Shown: positions 13,250 through 26,157 of the stretch, piece after piece
Numbering within the stretch: the first letter of the stretch is position 1
Layout of the letters: each line of letters opens with the position of its first letter
Origin: Kudoa neothunni
Taxonomy: Eukaryota > Animalia > Cnidaria
Direction of reading: 5' to 3'
Length of the DNA: 64,000 nucleotides
NCBI GenBank assembly: GCA_964304625.1
Contig: OZ199839.1
Span: 3,710,724 to 3,774,723, forward strand
Made by a program: the position numbers and the translations under genes
The notes under the pieces: model-generated
Databases searched by the model: none
The model's input: the letters and a program-made list of their open reading frames with translations, nothing else
What the model was told of the DNA's origin: nothing

Positions 13250-14655
13250 TGATCCACAATTATTAACAAGAATGATTTTTGAAAACAGTTTTTGACTGCT
13301 TCTTCACTCACTAATTTCCACATTTCTTTCATCGTGTACATATCTTAAAGTAAATCTGGAGGATCATCATTTAAATTGTTATCAAAAATACTAATGGAAT
13401 TAACGGTAACTTTATTTATCAAATCATTCGCCAGATAATTTTTGTAAATGTATTAACAACCGTAAATAATTCCTCGATCAGATTGTTGCAATACGCTGGT
13501 TGTCCCTTGTGGGAGAAAACAAAGTTGAATATTTGAAAAATTTGGCATGGGATGAGCTGGGAAATTGTTACCAAATCATCTGATTCTTCTCTTACATCGA
13601 GAAGTTTCAGCTTTTGTACCATTAGATATTTTGAAAAAATAAAGTCTTCTAGCAAAAATATAATAGGAAGGTGGAAGGTCTTTTATTTTACAGAATAAAT
13701 AAAACGTTTTTCATGATTGCGAATTAATAATAAGAGTCTTTTCTGGCATCGAGTAGATCGCAACAATTGTTACTTTCTCTCTGGATTTTTAGAACCGCGC
13801 AAGTTTTCCTCCATTTCAAATGCATAACCATACATTAAATTTCACATAGAGGAGTAAAATTAAATGATAATTTACCTTTTTTGCTGGTGAAATAGTCCAG
13901 ATTCATCCAAATAAAAGGTATATTTTGGATCATAATTTCCGATCAACTTTAACAGTTGATCTTTCCAAGAGGAAACTATTTCAGGAACAACAACCTTTGA
14001 TCCACATATAAATTTGTTATTTTCAACCAATTTTGAAGAAAATGCTTAAAACTAGCCTCTGCCAACCTTAGCAATTGTGTTACAACTTCAAATGAATACT
14101 CGTAGACTTTTTTATCTATATCTTGCTGAGAGAGTTCGATATTTCGTGATCTCATCAGCTCAATCCACTCATTAATCTAAGAATATAAAATGTTGAAATT
14201 ATCTTTTCTTACGGTTTCCCGTTTGTGTCCTAGGCGCCCAGTGGTACAATCTTTCAGAATACTGTTCTTTTTTTAATGATATACCGTTTAAGGAAGATTT
14301 CGATTTGAGATTAAATTTCTCAAAGGTTTTAACTTTTGAGTCACTGAATACTTTTATATCATCAGAATATTTTATTACTTTAACTTTATCATCTAACAAT
14401 CGATAATTTCTCAGATTTCTTAACTGCGTATTAAACATATCGCTGGGTTTAATTGGGGGATTTTTAATGCGCAGTACGCATGCAGTCAAATTTTCTCTGA
14501 CTCTGGGTCATATTTTCAAAAATGATTTCACCTGATTAAATATTTTTAAGTGCTTATTACAATAAATAACAACATTGTGTATTATTATTAGAAAATATTG
14601 CCATAATATCATAGAGTGCATAGTACCCCTGCTACGCAATAACCCTGCACTACTG
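13250..14655 (-). mobile_element. Decayed Tigger/pogo-like element with intron-containing transposase pseudogene (left boundary approximate)
   Basis: Minus strand: KVKVIKY...FNLKSKSSLNGISLKKEQ (HTH), INEWIELMRSRNIELS (CENP-B HTH), WKDQLLKLIGNYDPKYTFYLDESGLFHQQ and NFPAHP...NIQLCFLPQGTTSVLQQSDRGII. Homologous to the element at 43279-45312. CAGTAG end with TA at ~14655. Confidence 0.8.
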
Positions 14656-14670
14656 TATTTTCTCCTTGTT

Positions 14671-15597
14671 CAGGGGTGGTAATGTAAATTATAGTACTGT
14701 ACGGGCCGGATTTTTATAAAAATAATTTTGGTCATAGGGCTAAAAAATTATTATTTTAAAGGAATTAAATATTGAAATTAACTGAATTGCATTTTAAACA
14801 AAATTTAATAAAAAATATATATTTGATTTATTGAATACCGCACAGATGTCAGATATGATGGAAAATAAGGTAAACAGCTTTGTTACAGTATATGCAAATA
14901 AATACAGTTCATTCAAATCTTTATTATAAAAAAGGCACCCGTTATTAAATTTTCGCTTTCCAGAACCAGTTGTGGTTAAAGTTAAACGTCTTGTGAATGA
15001 TTTACATGTTTAATCAGTTTACCAATTCTTTATAAATATAATTGAACGAGATAAAAAATATTTCGAACCTGTTTTTTCGTAAAAAAATTATAAATTTGGA
15101 TTAATTATATTTTGAAGATTTTTTTGTATAAATTATTTAATTAGGAAGTTCGTGTTGACATAATTTCCAAGTGTAAAGGAGGGCTAATCTGTTTATTATA
15201 AGCCTCATTCCAAAAATATAAATAACAAGGTTTCTTTTTACGAATTTTTTGATTATCTATCTTACATAGCTTATTTTACGTCGCATATTTCTGTAAATTC
15301 ATATGCTTCATTCCTTCAAAAAGTCTAAATATTTTTGGCTAAATACGGTAATTATTCGCGTTTCTAATTGTAAATTTAACGCAACCATATATTAAATTTG
15401 GTTGTAAAAACATACGGAAATTATATATTTACGGAGGAATTAATATTAGTCTTACTTTAAAATATTTTGGAAAGGAACTGGAACCCTAATCTATCAAAAA
15501 TAGAAAATTTCTATAGTAAACTTGCTATTTCTCCCCTATTACCGAGTAAAACATCATGGCATGATCAGACCCGCAGGCCATACTTTGCTTATCCCCG
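14671..15597. mobile_element. Old non-autonomous hAT (Charlie-like) element
   Basis: Left end CAGGGGTGG...CGGGCCGG and right end CCCGCAGGCCATACTTTGCTTATCCCCG resemble Charlie/MER-type termini. Flanks TCCTTGTT / TTCTCGAT match at 5 of 8 positions. Confidence 0.5.
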
Positions 15598-16579
15598 TTC
15601 TCGATCCTTCTAGAAAATCTTAGAAGGGTCAGAAACGTTAGAAAGTTTTTATACAAAAGATGATATTTAAATTTATGTATTATGTCTAATCGTTAATGCA
15701 TTAAAATAATTATTTATTTTGGGGTCAAAAATGCCCCCAAACTCATTTAAAGATGAATTTAAGTCAAAACATGAATAAAAACACAATCGGTTCAAATATT
15801 AATAACAATATTTTTTCATAGAAATGGCACATATATAAGTGAATTTTCAACAATAAATTAGACGTTTTCATTCTGATCAATATAAGTGTTAATATATTTG
15901 ACTTACTAAGTACACTATCGAAGTTCTATTAATTTTTTGAATACAACAATAATATTAAAATTTTCTAAGTTAATGATGAATTGGCTGCATGTTATAAGCA
16001 GGTAGATTAAAGGATTAAATACTAAAATTGTCTCTTCAAATTTCGTTAAAGCACCCCCTAGATTTAACTTTGAGCAATAAAATTTATTGTATACATTGAA
16101 ATTTTATCTAATTATATAAAGTATTTTTGTTTATATTAAGGGGTTAAATAGCCACTTTGAGGAAAGAATGTATAAAAATATGTCAGATAAAGAATATTAA
16201 TTTGACTATTAAAAATCAATCATCGCGTGTTATCATCTAGCTATACAATGTTTTCTATTTTTAGATCTCCCTAAAATAATCTTGACGTTAACCGTGCTTA
16301 TCACAACCTTGAAATTATGATATTTAATTCTTTCTCTGAATTAATAGAATGGATTAATGTATTTTTTTATTTTTTAAAACATGTTCTTCTATGATAAAAT
16401 ATTCCAAATCTCGTGAGAAGCTGGGAAATTCGCACTAATTACAATACAAAAGAAAATATCTTTATTAAGTTCAAGATATTCAGAGTTTATGCTGATATAT
16501 TTTTATTACTCAAAAAGAGAACTAAATAATTTTCTGTTTAAATAGCACATGAGAATAAAAAGAGTTTGTTAATAAAAAT

Positions 16580-17137
16580 TTATTTATGTTGAAAACGTTT
16601 CAAATTTTTAAACGCAAACAGGTGAGTTATATCGCTCTTTTCGGCCGGTAAGCTGAGATCGATGTTGTATGGATAGTTGTCTCTAAAGTATGTGTAATTA
16701 AAGCCAAGATTGATTGTGAAAATGTTTGAATTTAGACAAAATTACATATCTATTATAGAGTTTTCTTCTACTGCATTTATATTTTCATTGTCTTTATTTG
16801 AGACCATTGGATTTTTTTTGAAAAAGACAGATATTAAATTTTTATAGCTTTCTAAAGTCATGTTCTACAAATGTGCTATTTTTATGAGCTGCTACACAAT
16901 AACCATATAATACATAGTCATATATAAATTCTTGTTCTATGGCTACTTTTGGGGATGAATCAGTCGCCACTTCAACGGGTTGGTCGTCGTTTTTAGTTGT
17001 CGTTTGAGTACTATCAGCCCAATCTCCGAAATCATCAGATCCATCTAAATCGCGTATAATTTGTGTTGATTTACATTTATTAATTCCTCTCAATTAACAT
17101 TAACGGAGGAAAAGGTCAATAGTTTATTACCTGACAT
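16580..17137 (-). CDS. Small 4-exon protein (~120 aa), unknown function, acidic N-terminus with DDFGDW motif
   Basis: ATG at 17137. Three GT-AG introns (first 17130-17045) splice to a continuous frame MSDGSDDFGDWADSTQTT...FIYDY/NMTLESYKNLISVFFKK...SIID/IDNYPYNIDLSLPAEKSDITHLFAFKNLKRFQHK*. Confidence 0.6.
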
Positions 17138-17383
17138 CACCTAGGATTTTAAGAAATTAGATGCCCGATTCGAACCGAAAATAATTACCATCTAAATTTT
17201 TCAACTACTTGTTGCAATTAATCAAATTATTTAATTTAAGAAATACAGAAAATATTAATACTTTTCTTTATTTCCAGTAAACTGTTTTTATGATTTGTTT
17301 ATTTAGAGTATTTAAGATCGTTTGAAATCGTAATATTTTTGTGAAAACACAGTTCCTGCTCGATCAACGACTGGTGGTTGGTC

Positions 17384-19898
17384 ATGGATGAAGAATTCAC
17401 CAATATATTTGATAAAAGAAAAAATGAAATAGAAAAAAAGAAAAGGAAGCTAGAAGAATTAAAAAAACGTCAAGCGCTCAAACCGAATGTATTTGTTGTA
17501 TATTATTTGGGAGTTTTATGTCTTTTGCGTCACCTAGAAATACCATCACCTGAAATCTGTTGAAGATGATACATTAAAGGTCAAAGAACAAAATACTGAT
17601 CATTCAGACATTGATGTTGAGAATATTTTGGCTGTTTTAGGAATTTCTACATCAGAAAGTAATAATGTCTCGTTGTATTTGTTAAAATTTCGTCCAGAAT
17701 TTGTTGAGTTGATTGATGAAGAAACTTTGTTAGATAAATTTAAAAATAATTTAATGTATGTTTGCGAAAGTGATAGATATGATTAAATTTGTTGTCGGTT
17801 TAGTAAAAAATCACTCAAAAATCTCACTCTAGTTGATTGCCCTATGATTGATATTCCTAAAAAAGTATTTTTGATTGGCTGTGGCATTAGATCATATTAC
17901 GTAGGAAATTATCTACTATTCGAAAAATACTCAAACAACAGATGTTCCAAATGAAGAAACCAATAAACCAAATAACCCTGCCAACCTCTTGGAACCTGCT
18001 GATTATAGTACATCTACTTTAGTTGATTCACATCTTCCAACAAAGTCGGTATCAAATGTATCGCTTGAAAATTACTACGAACAAAATCTCGACGATGAAA
18101 GTATTTTTTATGATTTTTTTTAGTTAACTTTTATCTTTTATTGTGGATCTTTGACTGAATTTTTATTGGCGACATTAATCAATCTGTTAGATAGCAATCA
18201 ATCTAGTAACGACATCTTTGAAATGAATGAAGAAAAAATTGACACCACGCTCAAATCTAAATTGTTCGTTGAATTCTTTAATCGCGCCTGCAATATTATA
18301 GAACGAACTCAAGGCAATCAAACTGATGTTTGTTTTGATTACACTAGAGAAATTGTATCGAACAAGGAGTATTATAATAATAGGTTGAAGGCGGTGTTTA
18401 ATATTTGTGCGTAGAAAAAAACTTTATGATTTGGAATTGCATAGAAGTCTGTTCAATGATTTGAGTTGTAAAAATAAGACAATTTCTTGCTTGGAATGGT
18501 CAAACTATGTAATTGTTAAAATAATTGGTTTTTAAGCACGGATCATAACATTGAATTGTTTTGAGTTTGAGATTTTAGTTTTTATTTCAACTCTAAAATA
18601 TTACATCATTTTCATAGTATCCTGAGTTGATATTGGCTTCGTACATTGACAGTAATGTTGATTTTGGTCATTCTAATTCGTCCAGCCAAAACCCTGATGG
18701 ATGCGTGCTTGTCTGGAACAGCCGATTTGCTTCCGATCAAAGCAAACAAGAATACACATTTCATTTCCAAAGTCCTGTCACTTCTGCTTGTTTTTCGCCA
18801 TTCCACCCCAATATTATTCTTGGAGGAACCTATTCGGGGAGAATTTTACTTTGGGATAATAGAACAGGCAAAATGATGCCAGTTCAACGTTCCAATGTTT
18901 CCACAACTTGTCATACTGTATGCTGGCTGACGCAGAGTAACTTTTGATGTTGTTTTTAGTTCCCGGTCTTCTGTACTCAAATCGTCGGCACTGCCAACGC
19001 TCATAATTTGGTTTCTGTATCATCCGATGGACGTCTATGTACTTGGTCGTTGGATATGCTCACCCAACCTACTGTATTTATTAGATAGTTGACCGTTGGA
19101 ATTGCTTACTCGTTTATTAGGAAACTATCGACCTTGCTCATAAAAAAGCCAGATCCATATCTGCCACTAGCATGTCCTTTGTTTCTGGAAATGTTAACAA
19201 TTGTATGATTGGAAGTGAAGAGGGCACTATCTACAATGTACAACGGTTGGGCAACAAAACTGGCATAGTCAATATTGTGGATGCCCATTTCGGCCCTGTT
19301 ACAAACGTTCACTGTCATCCTGGTGATCCGTCAAACCCGGTATTTGTATTTTGTTAACTTGTTTTTACCGATTCTTAACTAGGAACTTTCCAAATTGTAT
19401 CTTTGTGCTTCGATGGATTGGACTGTCAAACTAATGCATTCTAAAGTAAACCGAAATATTTTGCTTGTCGGTTGTAGTTATGCAATCTAGTCTAATCGAC
19501 CACTGCTCACATTCGAAGATTACTCAGATTACATTTGTGATGTAAAATGGTCGCCTACTAAATCCTCAGTTTTTGCATGTGTGGATACACGAGGGACGCT
19601 AGATATCTGGGATATCAACAAGTCGTTTGATTCGCCTGTTAGCTCCATCAATTGCCCCAATGAAACGCCACTTACCAAAGTTTGTTGGTCCTCCAACGGC
19701 AGCTATATTGCTGTTGGTGGAGAAAACGGTCGAATCGAAATCTACAACGCAACCCGAATAAACCAAGACCCCAGCAGTAATTCCAAACAGTTTTTATCCA
19801 TTTTGGAAAATCTAAAGGAAAAGTCTCTTTCCAATACAGTCACTACTTCGAGCAAGATATCCAATCGTAGAATACCAAGTTCGCTATCGGATTATTAG
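17384..19898 (+). CDS. DYNC1I: Cytoplasmic dynein 1 intermediate chain (multi-exon, about 11 short introns)
   Basis: N-terminal coiled coil [18 protein letters not shown]; LC8-binding IYYSKNTQT; [14 protein letters not shown]; WD40 blocks [98 protein letters not shown]. Confidence 0.92.
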
Positions 19899-20023
19899 CT
19901 CGTCGAATTTTTATTAATACTTTATACGGGCTTTAAGTGAATTTTTTATAGTTTGAATTCGTTCTCTTGCTGTCTCTGTTTGTTTTTAACACCTACTACT
20001 ACGGCTTCCTCCCCTTCGAATTA

Positions 20024-20140
20024 CAGTAAACTCTCGATATTGCGTAACCTTTTGGGGCCAAGGAAAAATTACACAATAACTAGACCTAGACACTCACAGA
20101 CGCAAATATACAAATAATTATTTTTTAAGAAATATTTGTT
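20024..20140. mobile_element. Terminal fragment of the same TIR family as 1140-2767
   Basis: TA-CAGTAAACTCTCGATATTGCGTAAC...CAAATAATTATT is the reverse complement of the right end at ~2660-2767. Confidence 0.7.
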
Positions 20141-20421
20141 AACCCTCTAACGATCTCAAAAAGAGGGCTATTGTGGAGTATGTGGCTTCCCCATTTTTAG
20201 CGTTTTTAAGACTTTTTTCGTCGAAAGCGACTCTAAAAAATCTTTTATGCTCTTCTCGTTTGGAGCGTATCAAAATTTTTCCCTAAAATTATAAAAATAA
20301 ATTTTTCTTCCAATTGCATATATGATGGTGAAATCAATAACATAATCCTCATGTTAAACACTGGTTTCTATATTTCACTATGAAGGAATATGAATGTGAA
20401 TACGAATCATGCATAGAATTA

Positions 20422-23109
20422 CCGTAAATCCACGTGTATAAGCCGCACCAAAACTTTGAAGGTTATTTTCTCGTTTACGGGTATACAGTATGTATAAGCC
20501 ACCCCTACCATGCCAAACTAGTTCTATTCGTCACCCTAATACATTCTTTCATTCATTTAACACACTTAATTTAACCTTGTCACAAGTCATTCGTTAAGTC
20601 TACCGTCTGTGTCTGCAGGGCGTCCAATGAGATTATCTGAAAAAACCCAAGGTCGCAAAGAAAACACAATAATATTATTAAAATAAAAAATTTTATTTTA
20701 AACGCGTTTTCTAATTACTGTCGTCAATTGAATCGTCTTAATCTTCTTCACAAACCTCAGTTAAGATGCTTGATCTATTTTTCAAGCGCTCAAGGTATCG
20801 TTGGCTCACAACACTGCTGTTCACATCATGTATTAGTTTGTTAGTTGGATGCGATGTCAAACACGTATTATTATTTCTTCTGATCAATTGCTTTGCGACA
20901 AGTTTACATTTTACAATTTCAGCCTTTAATGAGTTTGTTTAGTTTCTACTGTGTTCATTAATGAATAAATTCGTTCAACATTTTCAGTAGCTGGAATTTC
21001 TGTCCTTAGCATCTTGATCAAGCTAATATTTAAACCTACTTTTAACCAATCTTGATTGGAGAACATATTATCCCACGCTCTTTTTTGAGCTCCGTTTAAA
21101 ATTTCACGGATACTTTCAAATAATGTACGTCAATAACTTCAAAATATGTTATTAAAAAAATTAGAAAATTTTAAGACGGCTTTGAAATATCCAAATACAA
21201 TCACAGAATAATAAAAACAATTGATTAAATAACAATTATCCAGGGGTTGGAAAACAGCGCGTTGCCGACACTCGCGTTATCTTTAAAATTTTGAATTATT
21301 TTAATTCTCCCCATTATTAAAACAATAATATGATTATTCTATCTAATTCTTAAACTTATTATTTATATAATGGTCTCAAAGAATTTAATAATCTAAAAAT
21401 TTTGTGAATAAACAAAAAACCCCCAAGAACCCAGGATTAATAGAAAAATCCAAAGATCTTGGTGAAAAACCCAAGGTTTGGACGCCCTGTGCGTCTGTCG
21501 TTAAACGCACGCGTTGGCTGACGGAGCTGCAATCCACCAATGAATGATCTCACCTTTGCAGGGAAAATAATACGCATGTAGTAAATTATAGTAAGCAAGT
21601 AACGAATTGCCCAGCGCATTTTTAAACCACGTCATCGAGAAGTGAAAAATCCGACTCCGCGTACAAATTGTAAGTTGTGAAGACGACTTTGGAAACTACA
21701 AACCGAAATGTTGCTGCTGTTTTTGGAATAAATGAAAATCAAGTTCGCGAATGGAAGAAAGCTCACGCTAGCTTGAAGATGATTCCATGATCAAAGTGTG
21801 CGAGAAGAGGAAAACAATGTCAATGGCCCGAACTAGAATCCTCCTTAGTTGATTGGGTAACAGAAAGAAGGAATGCGGATTCTATCGTCACCAAAAACAA
21901 CATTCAAATTGAGGCTATGAAGTGGCCCAAGAAGAATCGTGAGTTGTGCCAAAATTTCAAAGCTTCGCGTGGTTGGTTGAGCAGATTCATGACAAGAAAT
22001 AATTTAGTTTTACGTCAAAAACCGAAAATGACTCAAAAGCTACCTGAAGACTTGGAAGATGAAGTAGTTTCATTTCAATAACTCATCATAAAATATCGCA
22101 AGCTTCACAATTACTTTCTCAACAATATTGGAAACATGGATGAAACTCCAATGTTTTTCGATATGGTTGGGAACAAGACGGTCAACAACGTCGGAGAAAA
22201 AGAAATATGCGTGAAATCAACAGGGCATGAGAAGAAACACTTCACTGTGATTTTAGCTTGTTTAACCGATTGAACTAAGTTAAAGCCAATGGTGATTTTC
22301 AGGAGCAAACATTTACTTCAAAAGAAAAGTTCACTCCTGGCATCGTTGTCCATGTGCAAGAGCGTAGATGGATGAATGGCGTATGGTCTAAACGTTTTGG
22401 TGGCTTATTGTAAAAACGGTCGCTTTTGGTGCGGGACAAGTTCAAGTGGCATCTCGTTGAACGTGTCAAGCAGCGTTTGCAGAAAAATAATAGACATTGC
22501 TGTTATACCTGGTGGTTTGACATCAATTCTCCATCCCCTCGATGTTTCACTAAATAAACCTTTCAAAAACAGACTTCGAGCAATGTGGAACGAATGGATG
22601 ATATCTGGAGATCACCAGGTTATTCGTGATGGAAACCTCAAAGCCCCTTCTTTAACCACTATGTGTCAATGGATTCTTTAAGCCTGGAAGGATTTGAAGC
22701 CCCCAATAATTGTAAAATCCTTCAAGAAATGATGCATCAGCAATACAATGGACGGAACAGAGGACGATGTTTTATGGGAGCATGACGAAGAAACCTCACC
22801 TTCCGATTCCGATGAATTCGATCCTTACAACGACACAATTTTACCCCACGAATGAAATCAAGTGTTAGAGATGTCGCATGACAGTGACCAAGACTAATTA
22901 CCTCATTATTTGAGTACGAATTCTGGATATTTCCTAGTGTCTTATTGTTGAATATGTGTAGCATTTTCGCATTCTCAAAGATACGTTAACCCCTAAACAT
23001 AGTGACAAGTTTATAGATATAATTTTTAGACTGCGTTTATAAACCGCATCTAAAACTTATAAACAACATTTTAGGTTCACAGATGCGGCGTATATACGAG
23101 GATTTACGG
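20422..23109 (+). mobile_element. pogo transposon (POGK-like) with pseudogenised transposase at ~21650-22860
   Basis: TIRs CCGTAAATCCACGTGTATAAGCCGCA / TGCGGCGTATATACGAGGATTTACGG with TA TSD. BrkDBD-like NRNVAAVFGINENQVREWKK, HTH WPELESSLVDWV...FKASRGWLSRFM, DDE_1 IGNMDETPMFFD...GHEKKHFTVIL...IPGGLTSILHPLDVSLNKPFK. Several stops. Confidence 0.92.
20616..21489. mobile_element. Non-autonomous hAT element inserted into the pogo element
   Basis: Perfect 12-bp TIR CAGGGCGTCCAA / TTGGACGCCCTG; 8-bp TSD TGTGTCTG / TGCGTCTG; subterminal AAAACCCAAG repeats. Confidence 0.88.
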
Positions 23110-25588
23110 TATTTATTTTAAGTTTACATGATATTATCTTTAAAAACATTAAATGTAAGTCATTATTAATGGTTGTTATTCAGAAATATAGAATATTCAA
23201 AGTTTCTCCATACTTATAACACTCTCTCATTTACATTTTCCCCTAATTAAAGCAAAATAACTATTCTTAGTATTATAAATCTTCCCATTCGAAACGCTCT
23301 ATTGTTTAAACCAATTAGTGAGTGTTATTTGGTAAATTGTCTCCTAACCTTGACTCTAAGAAATAATTATTAACTGAACAGTGTATAAAAAACTAATTTA
23401 ATGGTCCTTAAGAATGCTCAAAAATGAAAACAATCTTCAGAAATGAACTCCTTTGATGGATAATAATTCATGAAAAATAAACATAATTACACAATATGTT
23501 TGGATAAGTTTTTTATTGTTTGATCAGTTGTTAACATCGAATTATTTTTCATTACCTAAATATAGTATATTTCAGTTTGCATTAATTTTTTATTTATATA
23601 TCATCTTATAACTAATATTTTTTAAAATTAAATTTCATATTTTGACTAATAAAGTATGATAATTCAAGGCAGGCTCTATTTCTTGATATTTATTATTCGG
23701 ATCAAAACTTTTCAACCATTCAAGCTATAAAATAATTTTGATAATTTCTAAAAGGTTTCCCATGAATGATCACAACAACATAATATTCGTCTTATCCTAA
23801 GATTGTCATTTTCATTATTTCGACTGCGAACGCACACGACATACTTATTAGATGATGGTTTTGGTGTCAGCTATAAAACAAGCAGCTAGTTTTATTGTAG
23901 GAAATGTGCTTATCGTCCCAATGGCAGAAAATCGCAGCGCTCGGGCAGACTTATACCCTCAATAATGATTATGAATAACTTCACAATCATCCCTAGTTCA
24001 ATCAAAATCTAGCACCCTATATCATTTATCATTCAAAAGTATTATTATAAAACGATCTCAAAGTTAATATAATTCATTGAAATTATATAAACAACTATTA
24101 AACAATAAAAGGGTAAAATAAGTAGTTATGGTATTACGAAAGTTTCAACGATCACTTGTTATACGACATCTCGATTCCTTGTTTTCTACCACTTTTTCAA
24201 TATAAAGTTTTCAATAAAACTAAGTTGCTGCCATTGCGTCACCGAAAATAAAGAGGAGAGAAACCACCATCATGCCTTGATGGAAAAATTAATCATACTT
24301 TGTATTCATATAGAAAATATATTGATTCCCATTTTAACAATGAATTCTAAAATATGATTTTATAAAAAAACTTCAAATAACAACAAATTAAGAGCATTTA
24401 GTATGGGTTTTGTTTGTTACAAAAAAGTATTAATATTCGACATTAGAATATAATAATTTAATTAATACTATATTCACCAAAATATTTGTTTAAACTTAAA
24501 AAAATAAAAAATATATTTAATTTCGAAGTTGAACTTAAATTGGAGTCAAAGAAACCTCAGAATATAATTATAGATTTTAGTTAACTTGATTAAACCCTTA
24601 ACTCAATATTTATCATTCTTTGTTCCATCAAAAATATGAAGAAAAAAGAAATTTAATAATAAAGAAATATTATGTTTAACGGAGAATAAAAAATCGATGT
24701 TGGAAAATGGTCAATCAACAAAAATTAAAATAAACTTATATGTATAACATATTCAATTTACCATTAATAATAATTCGTCTAAAAAATTGCATGTCTAAAG
24801 ATTATTTGCAATTATTAGCTTTTTTAGTAAGTGTTATTTTATTTAATTACAAATTCTCCAATCAATAATCACACTTTAAGTACGGTTTAGGAGATAATTT
24901 ATCAAACAATGCTCAATAGTTGCCACTAATAGTATAGCGTTTTGACAATAAAAATTCATAATACTAAAAATACTTATATAATTTTAATTAGGATAAAACA
25001 AAAATGAAAAAATGCTATGAACATGGAGGAAGTTTCAAAATTCTACATGCCTGATCAATAACCGTTTATAATGACTTATTATTCATTATAATACTATGCA
25101 AAATAAATTTAACATTTAAATGCATGAATTGTAATCACATTCATATCCTTCATAGTGAAATATGGAAACCGGTGTTAACATGAGGATTATGCTGTTTAAT
25201 CCACCATCATATATACGATTAGAAGAAAAATTTGGATATGCCCAGATAAGAAGTTCATATAAAATTTTATAGAACCGCTTCCGTCGAAAAATGTCTTAAA
25301 AAACGCTAAAAATAGGGATGCCACACGCTCCACAATAGCCAAATCATGACAGGTGCCCACGAGTGGTAGTACACACGAGCCGCCACCTACTGTATTATTA
25401 AATTTAAACTATTAGAATCAGCGGAATATTGTATTACTTATGCCGAATAATCTCAAACTAATCTCGATTATGGCATTGTGGGGGATATATTGACGTTCTC
25501 CTTAAGTGTTTACAAAATAGAAATAACGTTGTCGGCTAATAAGACTCATTAAAAAAACAACGAAAAAAAAATAAGCACTGTGACGCAA

Positions 25589-25662
25589 GGTCCGAATCGG
25601 GATTTGGACTTGGGTTTTTCGCATTAAAAGAGTGGTGGTGCCATACCGCATTGCTCTCGACC
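25589..25662 (-). pseudogene. Degenerate tRNA-like sequence (tRNA pseudogene or SINE head)
   Basis: Minus strand GGTCGAGAGCAATGCGGTATGGCACC...CCCAAGTCCAAATCCCGATTCGGACC has a partial acceptor stem and a mutated T-loop. The core GCGGTATGGCAC recurs on the minus strand at ~2550-2575. Confidence 0.45.
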
Positions 25663-25699
25663 GCGCAACTATGGTTGGTATCATCGCCCAGGACAGATA

Positions 25700-26157
25700 G
25701 CACATCGGTGTGACACTCGGACTCAGAACCTCGTGGTAATGGGTTCGAATCCGCCGGTGGTCAGACTACTGCTTCCGTGTCGGCGGGTCTCTATACCATA
25801 CTTGGGAGCTGTGGTTAAAGTGTACTCTTGCTGTGGAGTAGGATGCACCAGCAGCCAAATTCGTGTGAAGTGGGATGAGATTGAATTGGAGTTTGAATCT
25901 CCGGATCCCATCGAAAGGCCAATAATTTTCAGGCCTCACAGAACCAACGTTCTTAAAGATATAGGGCGTGGGGTGGTGGTCGCCCGGAGACGAGGATGTT
26001 TAATGGGTTAAAGTCCCACATTACCGCGCAAAGAAAAGAGTCGGGATTGCATGTTACGTCCTGTGGTGCCTACAACGTTAATGGAAGATGTCTGACCAAC
26101 CAGAACTCCACAACCTAATAAGTTGCACCGTGGGTTTTACCTTGTAAACAAACAAAT
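25700..26157 (+). mobile_element. tRNA-derived SINE-like element
   Basis: Head with A-box-like TAGCACATCGG, anticodon-like GACTCAGAA and B box GGTTCGAATCC (25742); GC-rich body against an AT-rich background; (AAAC)n tail. Confidence 0.6.

Larger units (their letters stand above)
20166..25340. mobile_element. Long-TIR (~220-250 bp) DNA element, superfamily uncertain (Mutator- or Merlin-like), interrupted by pogo
   Basis: 20166-20419 (GGCTATTGTGGAGTATGTGGC...TTTCACTATGAAGG...CATGCA) is an imperfect inverted repeat of ~25120-25340 (...CCACACGCTCCACAATAGCC). No clear TSD. Confidence 0.7.

Noticed and set aside
25502-26011. ORFs in the GC-rich island
   Set aside because: Explained by higher GC in tRNA/SINE-derived sequence; no protein motifs.
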